From the NCBI GenBank assembly GCA_951406725.2, contig OX597814.1:160208001-160272000 (forward strand): 64,000 nucleotides of DNA, in the 5' to 3' direction. The stretch is from Octopus vulgaris (lineage: Eukaryota). The stretch's first letter is position 1; the number at the start of each line of letters is the position of its first letter. The notes under the pieces were generated by a model that was not told where the DNA came from, did no database searches, and saw only the letters and a program-made list of their open reading frames with translations. Shown in pieces: positions 28,112-42,202 of this stretch. The position numbers and the translations under genes are program-made.

Positions 28112-28259
28112 TACGATGAGCTTCTTTCAGTTTCCGCCTACCAAGTTCACTCAAAAGCCTTTGGTCGACCGGGGTCTATAGTAGAAGACACATGCCCAAG
28201 GTGCCCCGCATTGGAACTGAAATCCAGAACCATGTTGTCGAGAAGCAAACTTCATACCA
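27848..28259 (-). mobile_element. SINE family A
   Basis: Aligns with 8782-9208; internal (CA)n. Confidence 0.85.
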
Positions 28260-28506
28260 CAGGGTACCCCAGATGATGTATACACATTTTAACAGCAGAT
28301 AACTCACTAAGTGACTACGATTTGAACGGAGGAAATTTATCCCGAAGAACGGTCATTTTCAAAACAGGTCTTCATAAAAAGGATTAAATTCTATCTGTAG
28401 AATGCATTTAATTTTGGAAACGTAAAAATGTAATGTAGTTTATTAAACACTGTATTTACAATCATTAATCATTCAATGTCTGTATACATTTTTTGGGGCT
28501 GCTCTG
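28260..28506. mobile_element. Tc1/mariner-type MITE
   Basis: TIRs cagggtaccccagatgatgtatacaca / tgtctgtatacattttttggggctgctctg. Confidence 0.6.
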
Positions 28507-29505
28507 TGTGTGAATATACATATGCATATGTGATACGAAAGAGAAAACTTAGAATTATCCAATAAGTGTGGATTGTACAGTACAAATATATGCCTTAATG
28601 AATAAGGCTATATAAGGTGTGGATCTGTACCCAGTTATATTTCAAATCTCGTACAGATTCATTCAACGTGAATTATATATTAGGTACATATCTGTAAATT
28701 TGGGAGCAATTGCATTATTTGTGAGGCTGGTAACTAGATATTTCGTTGAAAAAGAAAAAAATGCATTTTGGAGGAGGAATCTTTCATTTTTTTTTCTTAA
28801 TAGAATGTTGATAGCATTACGTAAACCAAAATACGTAAGCCAAAATTTATTTTTCTCTAATAAATATTTCTGCCCATCGACAGCAAACCGCACCTAAATG
28901 GTTACAATCGAAGAGGAACATAGCCTACATAACTATAATTTTAGATTAAGGCATAAATATGTACAGTGGGATGGTACCGGTCTAAACAACAACAGCAACA
29001 ACAGCAACAAAAACAACAGAAACGATGACAGTATATTAAATTACATCGATTTACAAAGCGCACATGCCATTTGATATGTTCTATGACTTCTCTTAATTAT
29101 ATATCTTCTTTTAGTTCTATGACTATCTCCTCTGATTCTTTATCTCTGGCTTCCATTTTATTTGGATCTTGAAACTGCTAAATATCTAAAGGGTTTGTAC
29201 ACTATGTATGTATGTGTGAGTGTGTGTGTGTGGGGGGGGTGCATGTATGTATATATATATATATATGCACTTATGTTCGTATAATCTCATTAGGCTTCCC
29301 ATCAAGGGCAATATATACTTGTGCTAAGATCTGAAGCAACATCTAAAAACGCTTGACTACATTGATGTTATTAGAGATTAAACTTCTTAAATACGAACTT
29401 TCTAAGCTTGTATAACTGATGGCCGTTCGTTCACATGCCGGAAAATTAATAGACCGCAATTTCTATAAAGGCTGCAGGTGAGATTGAAATACTCTAACGT
29501 GTGTG

Positions 29506-29569
<64 letters not shown>

Positions 29570-29788
29570 TGTGTGCGGGTGTTTGTGCGCGTCCGTGTGT
29601 ACATTTATATATACATATACATACATACATACATACATATATATATACATATACAAACTTCACAAAACCACGAAATTCAATCCCGATATACGAGCCGATA
29701 GCCACGTCAAACACTACATTACGATTACATTTTATCCAAACATTATCTTTAAATATGGTTAATACTTGCATGCAGGCAAAATAATATG

Positions 29789-29826
<38 letters not shown>

Positions 29827-29987
29827 AATGCATATGTATATAACGCATACATAAAGGAAAAATTGCAGTTGGATGATTGAAATAAAAAGGTGAAAATAGA
29901 ATCCAAGAAAAAGGAAGAGAGAAAAAACAGAGAACACATACATAACAGACGAACGCAAGCACACACACACACACACAGATATACAAA

Positions 29988-30025
<38 letters not shown>

Positions 30026-30346
30026 TCTGGGTGTGTGACTCTTTAAGTTACAACAAGCAAAAATAACTAAAATAATTTGATAGCAGAATATTGTTAGTTC
30101 CAACGGTAAACATGTTGAAATTCTTGGTTATAATGTTTCCTAGAGGGGCGTTTCAAAAATCTGAATACAGACCGTGTGTCAATATGTCCCAGGTATATTG
30201 CTCATGCAAAAGTATTGTTTGTGCCAATTCCATGTTTGCTGAAATTTTCTTTGGTCAGACATATTCTCACCAGCTCATTAACTGCTCATTCACTCATTCA
30301 CTCATTCATTCATCTCTTTTCTATAATTTTCACGCACGCACAAAGG

Positions 30347-30460
<114 letters not shown>

Positions 30461-30529
30461 CAGTCACACTTACACACACTGCCATAAATATAAATATATA
30501 TATATATATTCACCCTGAATATATATATG

Positions 30530-30580
<51 letters not shown>

Positions 30581-30883
30581 TCACCCTGAATATATATATG
30601 TTAATATATATATACATACACACACACAATCACACTGATACATAAGCACGCATATACATTCATATACTCATAAAATATTGACTTTTATGTATGCATGTAT
30701 GTATTTAAAGAGAGACAGACAGACATATAAACTTCTGTATTCTCTTTATTCATATATAATATACTAATATCTATGCTTATATACACGAATGTTGAGTACA
30801 CACACACACATACACACACACACATATGCATATGTATATATATATATATATACACACACACGCGCACACACACACAAACATAC

Positions 30884-30935
<52 letters not shown>

Positions 30936-31404
30936 TCACACAGGGGGGTCATTCAAATTCTATCACAGATTCGCAGTTGCTGCGCTGTATTTCTACCCAG
31001 GTCACTTCGCATTCGGCCAAAATCTCGCGGGCATGGTTGTGTGTCCCACAACCACGTGGAATCGGGTTCAGTCTCTTTGACAAATATGTACAAATGTTCC
31101 GAGCCGACCAAATTCGTGCCCATACTTTCTCAACGATAAGGAACAAAGTACAAAAAGTACAACCTAGCATCTATGCATGTTTGGCGGTTGCGAAACTTAC
31201 AGATTGTCGCCTTCACACCTAATTCATCTGTTCTTCAAATATTGTCGTCATTATTCAGCCCACAGTTAATCATAACCACAGACACTTGTGACTAGAACTC
31301 CTCTATCATTCATCTTATTTGATGAAAGTAAAACTAGATTTGAGGAACAGCAAAAATATACAAAATATAAGACTGCTTGGCTTTATTATTCAGCTGGAAT
31401 TAAG

Positions 31405-31590
31405 GTTGCGACCAGGCAGGATCATTAGAGAAATATTGTTCTAGTTCTTTACGTTCCGAGTTCAAACTCCGCCCAGGTGAACTGTATCTTTTATCCCATT
31501 GAGTTTGATAAAATAAAATATCAGTCAAGTCCTGGGGTCAACAATATCGAGTAACACCTCCCCTCAAAAATTTACTGACCTATGCCTAAG
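31405..31590 (+). mobile_element. SINE family B (diverged)
   Basis: ctttacgttccgagttcaaactccgcccaggtgaac..gataaaataaaatatcagtcaagtcctggggtc. Confidence 0.7.
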
Positions 31591-31639
31591 CTAGTGAGTT
31601 GGCAGAATCGTTAATGCATCGTACAAGTTACTTAGTGGC

Positions 31640-31710
<71 letters not shown>

Positions 31711-31711
31711 T

Positions 31712-32590
31712 ACTAGCTGACGTACTCGGTAATTCACGGAAAAGCGGGGATTATCCTTTGGTTTCGTTCTCAAAATTATTTCGCTAATTATTTCGCAAAG
31801 TATGTAGCCCTTAAAGCGTTTTTTTTTTTGCATTTACAGAGAATACCGAACTGTCTTATACATAATCTTGTGAAATTAGTTATGTAATAACATGAAATTA
31901 ATTACCCGATAGTAAGAATTCAAATAAAGTAGCCTCCAAAATGGCTTTAATGCGTTCCCAGAGTATACAGAAATAGTAGGAAATACTAATAAGGTATGGA
32001 TACTAAAATAGTGAAGCATGTTACGCAATAACAGGCTAATCAGAAATGAAATAATAACAATTCAAAGTAAATAACTCTGAAAAGGGCTTTTGTGTATTCC
32101 CAGAGAATATTACCCTCAGGGGCGCTAGTGTTGGTATATTCGTGAATAAGTCGCTAATCGAAATAAGTGGATCTATTGTTTAGGAAAATACTATTTACTT
32201 GTTTAAGGGCTGTATTGGATAAATTGTTAAAATAACTCTAACAGTTCAAATACTAAGAAATAAGCTTATTCAATTTCATTTTTACAAAATAACTTAGTAA
32301 AATGAACGGGTTATTTCCCTTGGCTATATATAAGGATCACTTCTGGGACGAATGGGTTATTAACTTTGGTTTTTAAAATAAAATATATTAGACATATATT
32401 AAATATCCCTTCCAGGGGCTCTATTTTCGATTTTTTTTCCCAACAATCTGAGTATGCCATGAGGTGTCCAGACATTAGTTCTACTCACGTGTCAAGTTTC
32501 ATCAAAATCGATAGAACAATGTAGAAGGAGTTAGCTAACAACTCCACAAACACACCCAGAGACAGAATTTCCCACATATGTAGTAAATAT
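31712..32590 (+). mobile_element. Non-autonomous Helitron-like element
   Basis: Starts ACTAGCTGACGTACTCGG; 3' part gtgtcaagtttcatcaaaatcga..acaaacacac..gacagaatttcccacatatgtagta resembles Lep1/HINE-type ends. Confidence 0.55.
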
Positions 32591-32805
32591 ACATTCATAT
32601 ATATATATATATATATATATTATGCATGTATATGTGCGTTTGTGTGTGAATGTGTGCTTGTATACATAGACTTGCACATCTCTTGTATTACATCATTTAT
32701 CATATTCCTAAAATTGTACGAAAATCTGCAATTTAATCAAATTTATGAATGTCCTGCGTTGCTGTGTTTTTTTCTCTTTTTTTCTGTGTTTTCTTGTTTG
32801 GATTA

Positions 32806-32921
<116 letters not shown>

Positions 32922-33054
32922 CGCGTGTGTGTGTGTGTGAGTGTCTGTGATCGTATGTGTATATATGTACGTTTGTTTATAAATAAGTACATGAATGCAT
33001 ACATACATACATTCATACTCATACACACACACATTTATACATACATATACACAC

Positions 33055-33109
<55 letters not shown>

Positions 33110-33595
33110 TGTGTGTGTGTGTATGTGCGTGTGTGTGTGTGTGTGTATACATTGTTGAAATCTGCTGAAATTCCTAATTTACTTTTAAGTTAAATAATTT
33201 GAAAATATTTTCAGTTTGAAAAATAATTTAATTATACGATGAGATAATATACGCAATGCTTTACGCAATATAACTTGTAGGAAATATTCTTCGTTTTTTT
33301 TTAATATATATTTTGTTTTGTATTGTATTTTAACTTTTGCTAAATAAAAAAATTGTCCAAAATGAAGTGAAGTTAAACATGGAAATGTCGTCTGCTTAAA
33401 TCAACTTAGTTTCAAGCTTTTGTAGCTGCTTGTTTGATTTATAATTACATTTCTCAGCAGTCCAGGACGTCTATAATTGTTAGATACAATAAATTTTAAG
33501 TATTTTTCAATAGCTGACGACAGAATTAAATTAATGAAACGAAGAATGAACGAAAGACGGAAGCGAAGAAAGAAAGGAAAGCGAGAGTGACAAAG

Positions 33596-33663
<68 letters not shown>

Positions 33664-33960
33664 TAAAACAGAAAGATTAAGAAAGAAAAGAGAGAGAGTG
33701 AGAGAGAGAGAGATAGAGAGAGAAGACAAAAGTAAAATTCGAAGACTTCGCTGATGATTTGTACTGCATTGAAATCACAAATTTCCCCTCTCATGTGATG
33801 TTTACACGCCATCTTTATCTATTTATGTCAAGAACTGTTATAAAACGACTCTATTAAACTTCTGCAAATCTAAAGTATTTCCTGCAAGTTTCAAACTTTA
33901 CAGATAAACACGTATTCTATAAAGAAGGTTATTACCATTATACTGTAGCATGATAGGGTA

Positions 33961-34176
33961 TACCGTTGGTGCTAAAAAGTTCCTGACTTTAAGGGTATCA
34001 CGAAAGGCCTGGTCGGGGGCCTAACCTTCCGAGTTCTTTTAAGGGCTTTAAAAAAAACTGAAGGACTGCTACAATATGTGTGCGAATCTGAGAGGGAAAT
34101 ATATTAAATAAAGTCACAAAAATCCTCCTGTAATTTCTTTTTCCCCAAAGCCAGGAAGTTTTCGGCACTCCACGTA
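33961..34176 (+). mobile_element. Mariner-derived MITE, second copy
   Basis: Reverse complement of 18768-18988; TIRs ggtgctaaaaagttcctgacttt / aaagccaggaagttttcggcact. Confidence 0.8.
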
Positions 34177-34830
34177 TGCTGTGTTCAGCAGGCATGGATG
34201 TGTTGTTGAGAAATTAACTTTGTAATAACGGGTATTCGGGTTTGATTCCAGTGCACGGCACCTCGTGCCATTGTCCTCGGGTTGGCCAAAGCCTCTTCAG
34301 CAGAATTTTGTAGGCGGAATTGTGTGGTAGTTTGTCGCAGAATCGGTATTTGTTTTCCAGTTGTCGGTTTAACCTTTCATCTGGTTTAACACCATTGTCT
34401 GACCGTTTGGTATATTTGTTGATGCTCCCTTCGTTGCAAACACTCATACTGGGGTCTTTATTCAAGGACGGTGCCTTCTTTCTTCTCTCCCCTCTCGGAA
34501 TACAAGAAATAACTCGATGTTAGGCAACAAAATAATATATAAAAATGGTTTTATTCATTTTTCATGCGACATAGCCATCGTCGTTTCAGCAAAGTGACTG
34601 TTCGTTGAACCTCATCAAAAATGTTGCTTCAGAAACTATGAAATTGGTTTTCAACAGAGTAGGAAGGTGGAACAATACCCAAAGGGAGAGGGAGTGAAAG
34701 AACGAAGTAGAAAGTAGGTTGGTAATTTGGAATGGTGGAGGAAGATGAAGCTAACGAGAGAGTGAGAAGAATACTTCTGTAGAAGGCAGATAGACTACTA
34801 TGTATGTGTGTGTTTGTTTGTTTGTTTGTT

Positions 34831-34881
<51 letters not shown>

Positions 34882-34903
34882 TTGTAATATTAAAAGAACG
34901 AGT

Positions 34904-35062
34904 AAGGCGGCAAGCTGGCAGAATCTAGCATTTCGTCTGTTTTTACGTTCTGAGTTCAAATTCTGCTGAGGTCGACTTTACCTTTCATCCTTTCTTGGTG
35001 GATAGAATAACTACCAATTGATTACTGGGGTCAATGTCACCTGCTTACTCTCTTACCCCCAG
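34904..35062 (+). mobile_element. SINE family B
   Basis: aaggcggcaagctggcagaat..gttctgagttcaaattctgctgaggtcgactttacctttcatcctttc. Confidence 0.8.
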
Positions 35063-35576
35063 GTTACTGCATTTCTCCCTTCTTTTACTTCGCTTCCTTG
35101 GCCTTTTTTCTTTGTCTTTCACTACCTGTTTTCTCTCACTTAACCAGTTGGCTAATAATAAGAAAAAAGTGGAATTGAATCTGTTCGTGTGTTATTATTA
35201 TTGGCGTAATATGTTTCTTTATTGGCCACGCAGGGCTGAACACAGAAGGGACAAAATTTATTATTATTGGTGTAATGACTCTCCCAAGACTAAAAAAAAA
35301 ATAATGTGTGACGTTTGTATTTTAAGAGGGTACTACACCAGTGGCATTAGCGTGGATGAATTAAAGAAGGCATCAATATGCTTCTATTCTTTTGTTTTTG
35401 TTTTTTTGTCGCGTACGATTTCCTTATTTAAGTCTTCATTACAATATGAAAATATAGTTACTCACCAAAGAAGGAACTTTCACTACAAATATTTTCTATC
35501 CGTGAATGCATTCAATATCACCGAACAAGAATAATCATTTGTGGGTGTTTGTGTGCATGTGTGTTTACAGAGCTAC

Positions 35577-35746
35577 CAGTGCTGTCCTAAGACATGGACA
35601 CACTGGTAGTTGTCTAGGGAGCCTCACAGGTTTAGAGGCCTGATTTCTAATCTATGTATCTTGCGGTTTGTAGTTAATGAATAAATGCTATAGGGTCCAG
35701 TTCACTGATTTGCTCAGAGGCCAATAAAGCTGCTGAGATGACTCTG
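35577..35746. mobile_element. Possible hAT-type MITE
   Basis: Degenerate TIRs cagtgctgtcctaag / ctgagatgactctg. Confidence 0.35.
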
Positions 35747-36001
35747 TAAGCTGCTATGTATGTTTTTCTTTATTTCTACCTTATAAAACATGGCTGTCTG
35801 CTTAAGCAGTTCGCTTCCCAACCACGTACTGTTGCTTTAATTCTACCCTGTACCAACTTGAGCTTAATGTGTTCTACTATAACCACGAGCAGGATATTAC
35901 CTTGTGTGTGATACTGATAGGCTAAAACTTTGTGAAAACTGATCGCATGTATGTTGTGTGTGTGAATATATATATATATACATACACACGCATATATACA
36001 T

Positions 36002-36036
<35 letters not shown>

Positions 36037-36065
36037 CAAACACACACACATATATATAGATAGAT

Positions 36066-36096
<31 letters not shown>

Positions 36097-36103
36097 CAGA
36101 GAG

Positions 36104-36154
<51 letters not shown>

Positions 36155-37426
36155 GTTGTTTCTAGAAACAACAGCCAAATCTCTCTTCAATCACTGCCAA
36201 GCACTTTTAAGAGGAAGCATACATTGAACAATATATTGAACAGTAGATAACTAGATATACAAAAAGACAAAATGCAAAAGAAGCATATACAAAAATATTA
36301 AAAATATTACTGAACTAATTAAAAACCTAAGCAAAATTTTGCATCAAGTCAAAAAGAAAAGAAAATGGGAAATGTTTTCATTTTTGCATGAAATCCTCTC
36401 CAACAAATAAAGCCAGAATTCTTACTATTTTAATAATTCCAGACCCTCGATGGATTACACAATATGCACATATTCCTTTTCGCTATTATCATTATCATTA
36501 TCATCATCGTCGTCATCATCACCATCATCATTCTCACACACCCACCACCACCGCCGCCGCCGCCACCACTACCACTACCACGACCACGACCACCACCATG
36601 AACAGCATCATTGCCACTCCTATCAGGCGACAGTATGACTTCAAAAGATGTTTTATTTTACATTCAGATAACCGGGGAATAGAAGAGAAAAGAAAATTAT
36701 AAAGTTTCTATCATATTTATAGAAAACGATAGCAGAAAATCGAGTCCCCATCCCACCAGTCTTTGATTCCTATACCCATAATAGGTCTTTGATTTCCATA
36801 CCCCTAATACCACCCTCCTGTTATGATCCCTTGAAATACAGGCATGGTTGTTCCACGATGCAAACGGGAAAGAACACTGCAATACCTTTAAATTACTGTC
36901 CGGTCCGCATCATTGCTTTGCGTATACTTAAGTAAATTACTGACTAGTGTGGCAGAATTCTCCACCGGGGCGGCTTGGTCGATCACTCTCTGTTAATCCA
37001 TTAACATAGAGTTGGGCGCAGAAACTCATCACTTGCTCAAACCGTCCGTTAAGACAGTTTGTCGACGTCTTTACTATTTTTTCCCGTTTGAACTTGTCTC
37101 CAACTCTATCATAAAAATTGCTTGTTTTTGTCTTGGTTTTTGCTTTTGTTTTTGTTTTTTCCTTTTTCCTTTTCAAGAGACAGACATTTATGCACCAATC
37201 TTCAAATTATTGGTACAAGTATAAACAGGGTCGAGTTTTCTAGATAGTAATAAATAGTAGAATTATTGAACCGCAGACTAGAATTAGTTTTGGACTGATG
37301 AATAAGAAATATAGCTAGAATAATGTTTGAGAAGTATTATTATTGAGGCAGATAAAGAGAGGTTCTGTTGAAATTATTGCTGCCAGCAATGCTGTACATA
37401 GAGCGAAACAAGTTGAAGGAAGAAAC

Positions 37427-37499
<73 letters not shown>

Positions 37500-37572
37500 C
37501 GCCCCCGTACATATACGCATATACACACGCATATATATACATATATCTATCTATCTATATATATATACACAT

Positions 37573-37604
<32 letters not shown>

Positions 37605-37632
37605 TTACATATATAATGTATATACATATATG

Positions 37633-37663
<31 letters not shown>

Positions 37664-38194
37664 ACACACGCACAAACGCTCACGCCCACACACGCATATA
37701 ACTTGGCCTTTATAATGATAAAAGAAACCCTAACGGTCTCTGAGTCATATCTTCGATACCATTTATCACATACTGGATAACAAGTATAATGGTATATGTA
37801 TAAAGTTCAATAATGGTATTTCATTCGATCGTCTGACTCCATTGGATTAGTTTCTATTTGCTATTTATGTAATGGATGTAGGTTTCATAAAACACATTTT
37901 TGGCGCCTGGAATAAAATTAGCGAACACAATGTAGTTCCTAGCTTCAATATCATAATATTGAAGCTATGAGAATAAAGAAAATGTGATTGCTGCCTTTAT
38001 CCTTGAGGTAAACGTCTGATTAAATATATCTTTAACCATTTCAAAAATTCTTTTTAACCTTTGTCTGTCTTGTGTATTCCATCTAATACACCGGACATAT
38101 TTTCCTGATGTCCATGCGACATATATGATGCACATTCTCAATTATTTTCAACCACCAGTGTAATTTGGGACTTATGAAAGGAAAACTTTATATT

Positions 38195-38610
38195 ACTGTT
38201 ATATCGCAATATAAAACAATGGCGACGAGGATTTCGTAGCTCCCACAGCCACTGTGTAGTATTGCGATATAACAGTGGCGACGAGGATTTCGCAGCTTCC
38301 ACAGCCACTGTGTAGTATTGCGATGTAACTATGGCGACGAGGATTTCTTAGCTCCCACAGCCACTATGTAGTATTGCGATATAACAGTGGCGACGAGGAT
38401 TTCGTAGCTCAATCAGCCACTATGTAGTATTGCGATATAACAGTGGCGACGAGGATTTCGTAGCTCCCACAGCCACAGTGTAGTATTGCGATATAACAGT
38501 GGCGACGAAGATTTCGTAGCTCCCACAGCCACTGTGTAGTATTGCGATATAACAGTGGCGACGAGGATTTCGTAGCTCCCACAGCCACTGTGTAGTATTG
38601 CGATATAACA
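38195..38610. repeat. Minisatellite of 7 x 56-bp units preceded by an inverted copy of part of the unit
   Basis: ggcgacgaggatttcgtagctcccacagccactgtgtagtattgcgatataacagt starts at 38221, 38277, 38333, 38389, 38445, 38501 and 38557; 38195-38211 actgttatatcgcaata is the reverse complement of tattgcgatataacagt. Confidence 0.95.
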
Positions 38611-38839
38611 ATTTCTAAGAACGTATAAATCAAGGTTTAACTAAAAGTCTGAAAACAAATATGGACGTTTAAAACAAACTTACGAAAGTGATTTAGGGTT
38701 AGGGATTAATTTAAAACAAAGATTAATTTAGAACAAATTTCTTTGAGCAATGAAAGCTATTTCAAATTCTAAAGCGAATTTGAAATTTACTATTCCATAA
38801 CTAAAATACTCAGATTAATGATTAGAGTGCAAATTGACG

Positions 38840-38925
38840 AAAACATGTCCTATCACGATTGGAAAATATGTCCTATCACAACATGTTTTCACGATTGTGA
38901 AAACATGTCCTATCACGATTGTGAC
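38840..38925. repeat. Short imperfect repeat cluster (aaaacatgtcctatcac x3) with a 12-bp hairpin
   Basis: acatgttttcac-gatt-gtgaaaacatgt at 38881-38908. Confidence 0.8.
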
Positions 38926-39460
38926 AAAGGGTGGATTACAGTATATTAAAAGCGTTATATGTATAGGCATATAAGGCATACAACAAAATTCCTTATATAT
39001 TAATGACAGCATAACTAAAATTAATACATATATTTTCTATCTTTTATGCAACGAATGAGAGAAATCTGAGCAATAATTGACGTTGTGTAAGTATCCGTGG
39101 AAAGCATCTATTAGAAGGCAAACATTAAAATGAACATATAGATAGATCAAGCGTGCATACATGGAGGAGAATATTTCGGGATTGCCATTAATTATTCATT
39201 AAGTTTTTAGTTCATTCCAGGAAACTATGTGACATAAACATAGCAGTAACCTTCGTGGAAGTCAGGTATGTTGTTCGTTACGCGATTTTTTACTTTGAAG
39301 GCTACCCCAATATATCATATTGAGAGATTTATATTTCTAAATGAGACACCTCTCATCACATACACATACACACACACGTGTGTGTGTATGTGTGCGTGCG
39401 TGTGTGTGTGTATAAAATTGAAGATGACTCAGTAGCGAGTATGACCGCTGCTCGTAAATG

Positions 39461-39710
39461 TATTTCTTTACTACCCACAAGGGACTAAACGCAGAGGGGA
39501 CAAACAAGGACAGACAAACGGATCAAGTCGATTACATCGACTCCAGTGCGTAACTGGTACTTAATTTATCGACCCCGAAAGGATGAAAGGCAAAGTCGAC
39601 CTCGGCGGAATTTGAACTCAGAACGTAACGGCAGACGAAATACGGCTATGCATTTCGCCTGGTGTGCTAACGTTTCTGCCAGCACGCCGCCTGGGGCCGG
39701 CTCGCCGCCT
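39461..39710 (-). mobile_element. SINE family B, full length, with a 10-bp target-site duplication
   Basis: Head aggcggcg(a/t)gctggcagaaacgttagc, B box gagttcaaattcc; ctcgtaaatg at 39451-39460 and 39709-39718. Confidence 0.9.
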
Positions 39711-40462
39711 CGTAAATGAGCTTTAAATTGACGATGAATTCTTAGCTCAGCTGATGATCAGTAGCATTTACTACAATTATCTCGTAAACGTCTCTTCTCA
39801 GTTAAATGCATTACAGTATCGTGAAAGTTAACATTGCGTACAGACATGTCTTTTCAAACCATCAATAAAAAAGACAGTATATTTATATACCCCGATTGGT
39901 AGGCGTATGTTCTTTCAAGTGACGAAGATTAATCGGGTTGTGTTGGTTAATATTTTCTTGAATGGTTGTCAAAACCTAGATAGTTAAACTCAGCTACAAG
40001 TATAACATTTCAGAGGATAACTCACACCTAAAAAGTTTCATTTCGGTGCATTTTGTTTTAATCTTATAGCTCCCTTCAAAATGTATGGAAATATTCAGCA
40101 TATATTTTTCTCCATGACGCACTATCAACTACATTAGTTTTTTAACTTTTCACATGAATGTTACTTTCTTCAAGCCATCAATTACATCTTGAAATAGCTG
40201 TGTAACTATTAAAAGATGACAAAAGCAGTTACACTCACTTTCGTTGGTTACTTAATAGTATCCTGTACTACGAAGTTTTCATAGTTCCTCCGCAATCTGC
40301 TCACTTATACAGTTCAACCGATGCAGGAAATTATATCAACCTCGAGTTGACTAATATCTCGTGAATGTAGTGTATTCATACATACATAAATACACAGTAT
40401 AGAAGACCCTTAGTAGTTCTCAAATGATTCAAATTTAAACTTCGGTGTCTTTACAGGGGAAC

Positions 40463-40570
40463 AATTCCACGGGGTAAACAATGGCTATAAGATGGATTAA
40501 GTTCAACAAATATGGAGACAGTACGCTCCTCTTGACTCCTCTTATAGCCATTCTTTACCCTGTGGATATT
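40463..40570. repeat. Inverted repeat with ~40-bp arms
   Basis: aattccacggggtaaacaatggctataagatggattaag / cttgactcctcttatagccattctttaccctgtggatatt. Confidence 0.8.
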
Positions 40571-40744
40571 CATCGGAGTCTCATTTTGACACATTTGAGC
40601 ACTACTAAGTGTCTTCTATACTGAGAATCTCTGGATCTCACCTATTGACTATACATAGACACACGTACATATGTGTAAATGCGTGTGAGTGTGTGGGCGT
40701 GTGTGTGCTCGCATATTCATATGTATACATATGTGTGTCTATAG

Positions 40745-40920
40745 GCACACCGGTGCACTCTTTTGTGTCAAAGCTAACTTGGTCATTCGATGAACATCGA
40801 TCGATAAAATGAGAAACAGATTGAAATAAATGCTGGGATCGATACGATCGACCGAAATCCCTTGAAGGTTGCGTCCCAGCATGGCCGTAATCAAATAACA
40901 GAAACCAATAAAATAAAAAA
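40745..40920 (+). mobile_element. SINE family A 3' half (old)
   Basis: cccttgaaggttgcgtcccagcatggccgtaatcaaataacagaaacc. Confidence 0.6.
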
Positions 40921-41734
40921 AAAATTACTATAATATACAACTGAAAACAACTTTCAAAAGTTCTCTGATCAACATTAGATTGCTGTCTTTACAACTTCAA
41001 TGACGGAAACACTTTCTGAAATGCCACCATTTTATATAATCATTATTCAAAAAATTTATTGAATAATGAATATAGTCAATAGGAAAAAGAAAAACCTAGA
41101 TTAACAAATAGACAAAGAAACAGACAGACTGTCATACATATATATATAGCCGCGTATATCACTATGGTTGAGTTTATGTGTGTATGTATGTGTATCTGTA
41201 TATGGATATATGTGTATATATATATACACGTATATATATATATGTGCATACGTATATATACATATGTGTGTATATACATATATAGAAAGATAGATAGATA
41301 GATGCATACATACATACATACATACATACATACATACATACATACATACATACATACATACATACATACATACATACGTACGTACGTAGGTACGTACGTA
41401 CCTAAACAGACAAGAAAAGTGGGATAGGGAATAGTGAAAGATTGATTAATCAATTCGATGATTGATTGATAAATTGATTGTCTGATTACAAACAAAGGCA
41501 ACTATGACGAAAGGGAAGGAATCGTATAAATATATTTAAACCGAGAAGTGCAACAAATTGTTGGTTTGATGGTATTCAATATAGAATACTTTGTGCAAAA
41601 CTGCCACTTTTCAAGGATATATTTGTTACTACAAATTCATTGATAACTTCCAGTGTTCGAATTATAAAGGGATCTGAAGACTAATATAACTGTTATTATA
41701 TAAGCCTATGCTTACACATCATTACTTTTACATA

Positions 41735-41788
<54 letters not shown>

Positions 41789-41894
41789 TATTTACATACA
41801 TATATATATACACACTCACACACATATATACATACATATATATGAGCACATACATATATATATATATACATGCATGCATACATACATACATACA

Positions 41895-41926
<32 letters not shown>

Positions 41927-42001
41927 GACATACACATATATATATGTATATATATGTATTGTTAAACCAAAATTATGTATATATATCTTTATATGTATAT
42001 G

Positions 42002-42075
<74 letters not shown>

Positions 42076-42152
42076 CATATATATATACATACAGACAGAC
42101 AGATATATATATATATATATATATATAACTCTAAGCAATTTACAGAGGCAAC

Positions 42153-42202
<50 letters not shown>

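Noticed and set aside
38221-38610. Possible CRISPR array
   Set aside because: The units are near-identical along their whole 56 bp with no unique spacers, there are no cas genes, and the context is eukaryotic.
38693-38704. Interstitial telomere
   Set aside because: Only two TTAGGG units.
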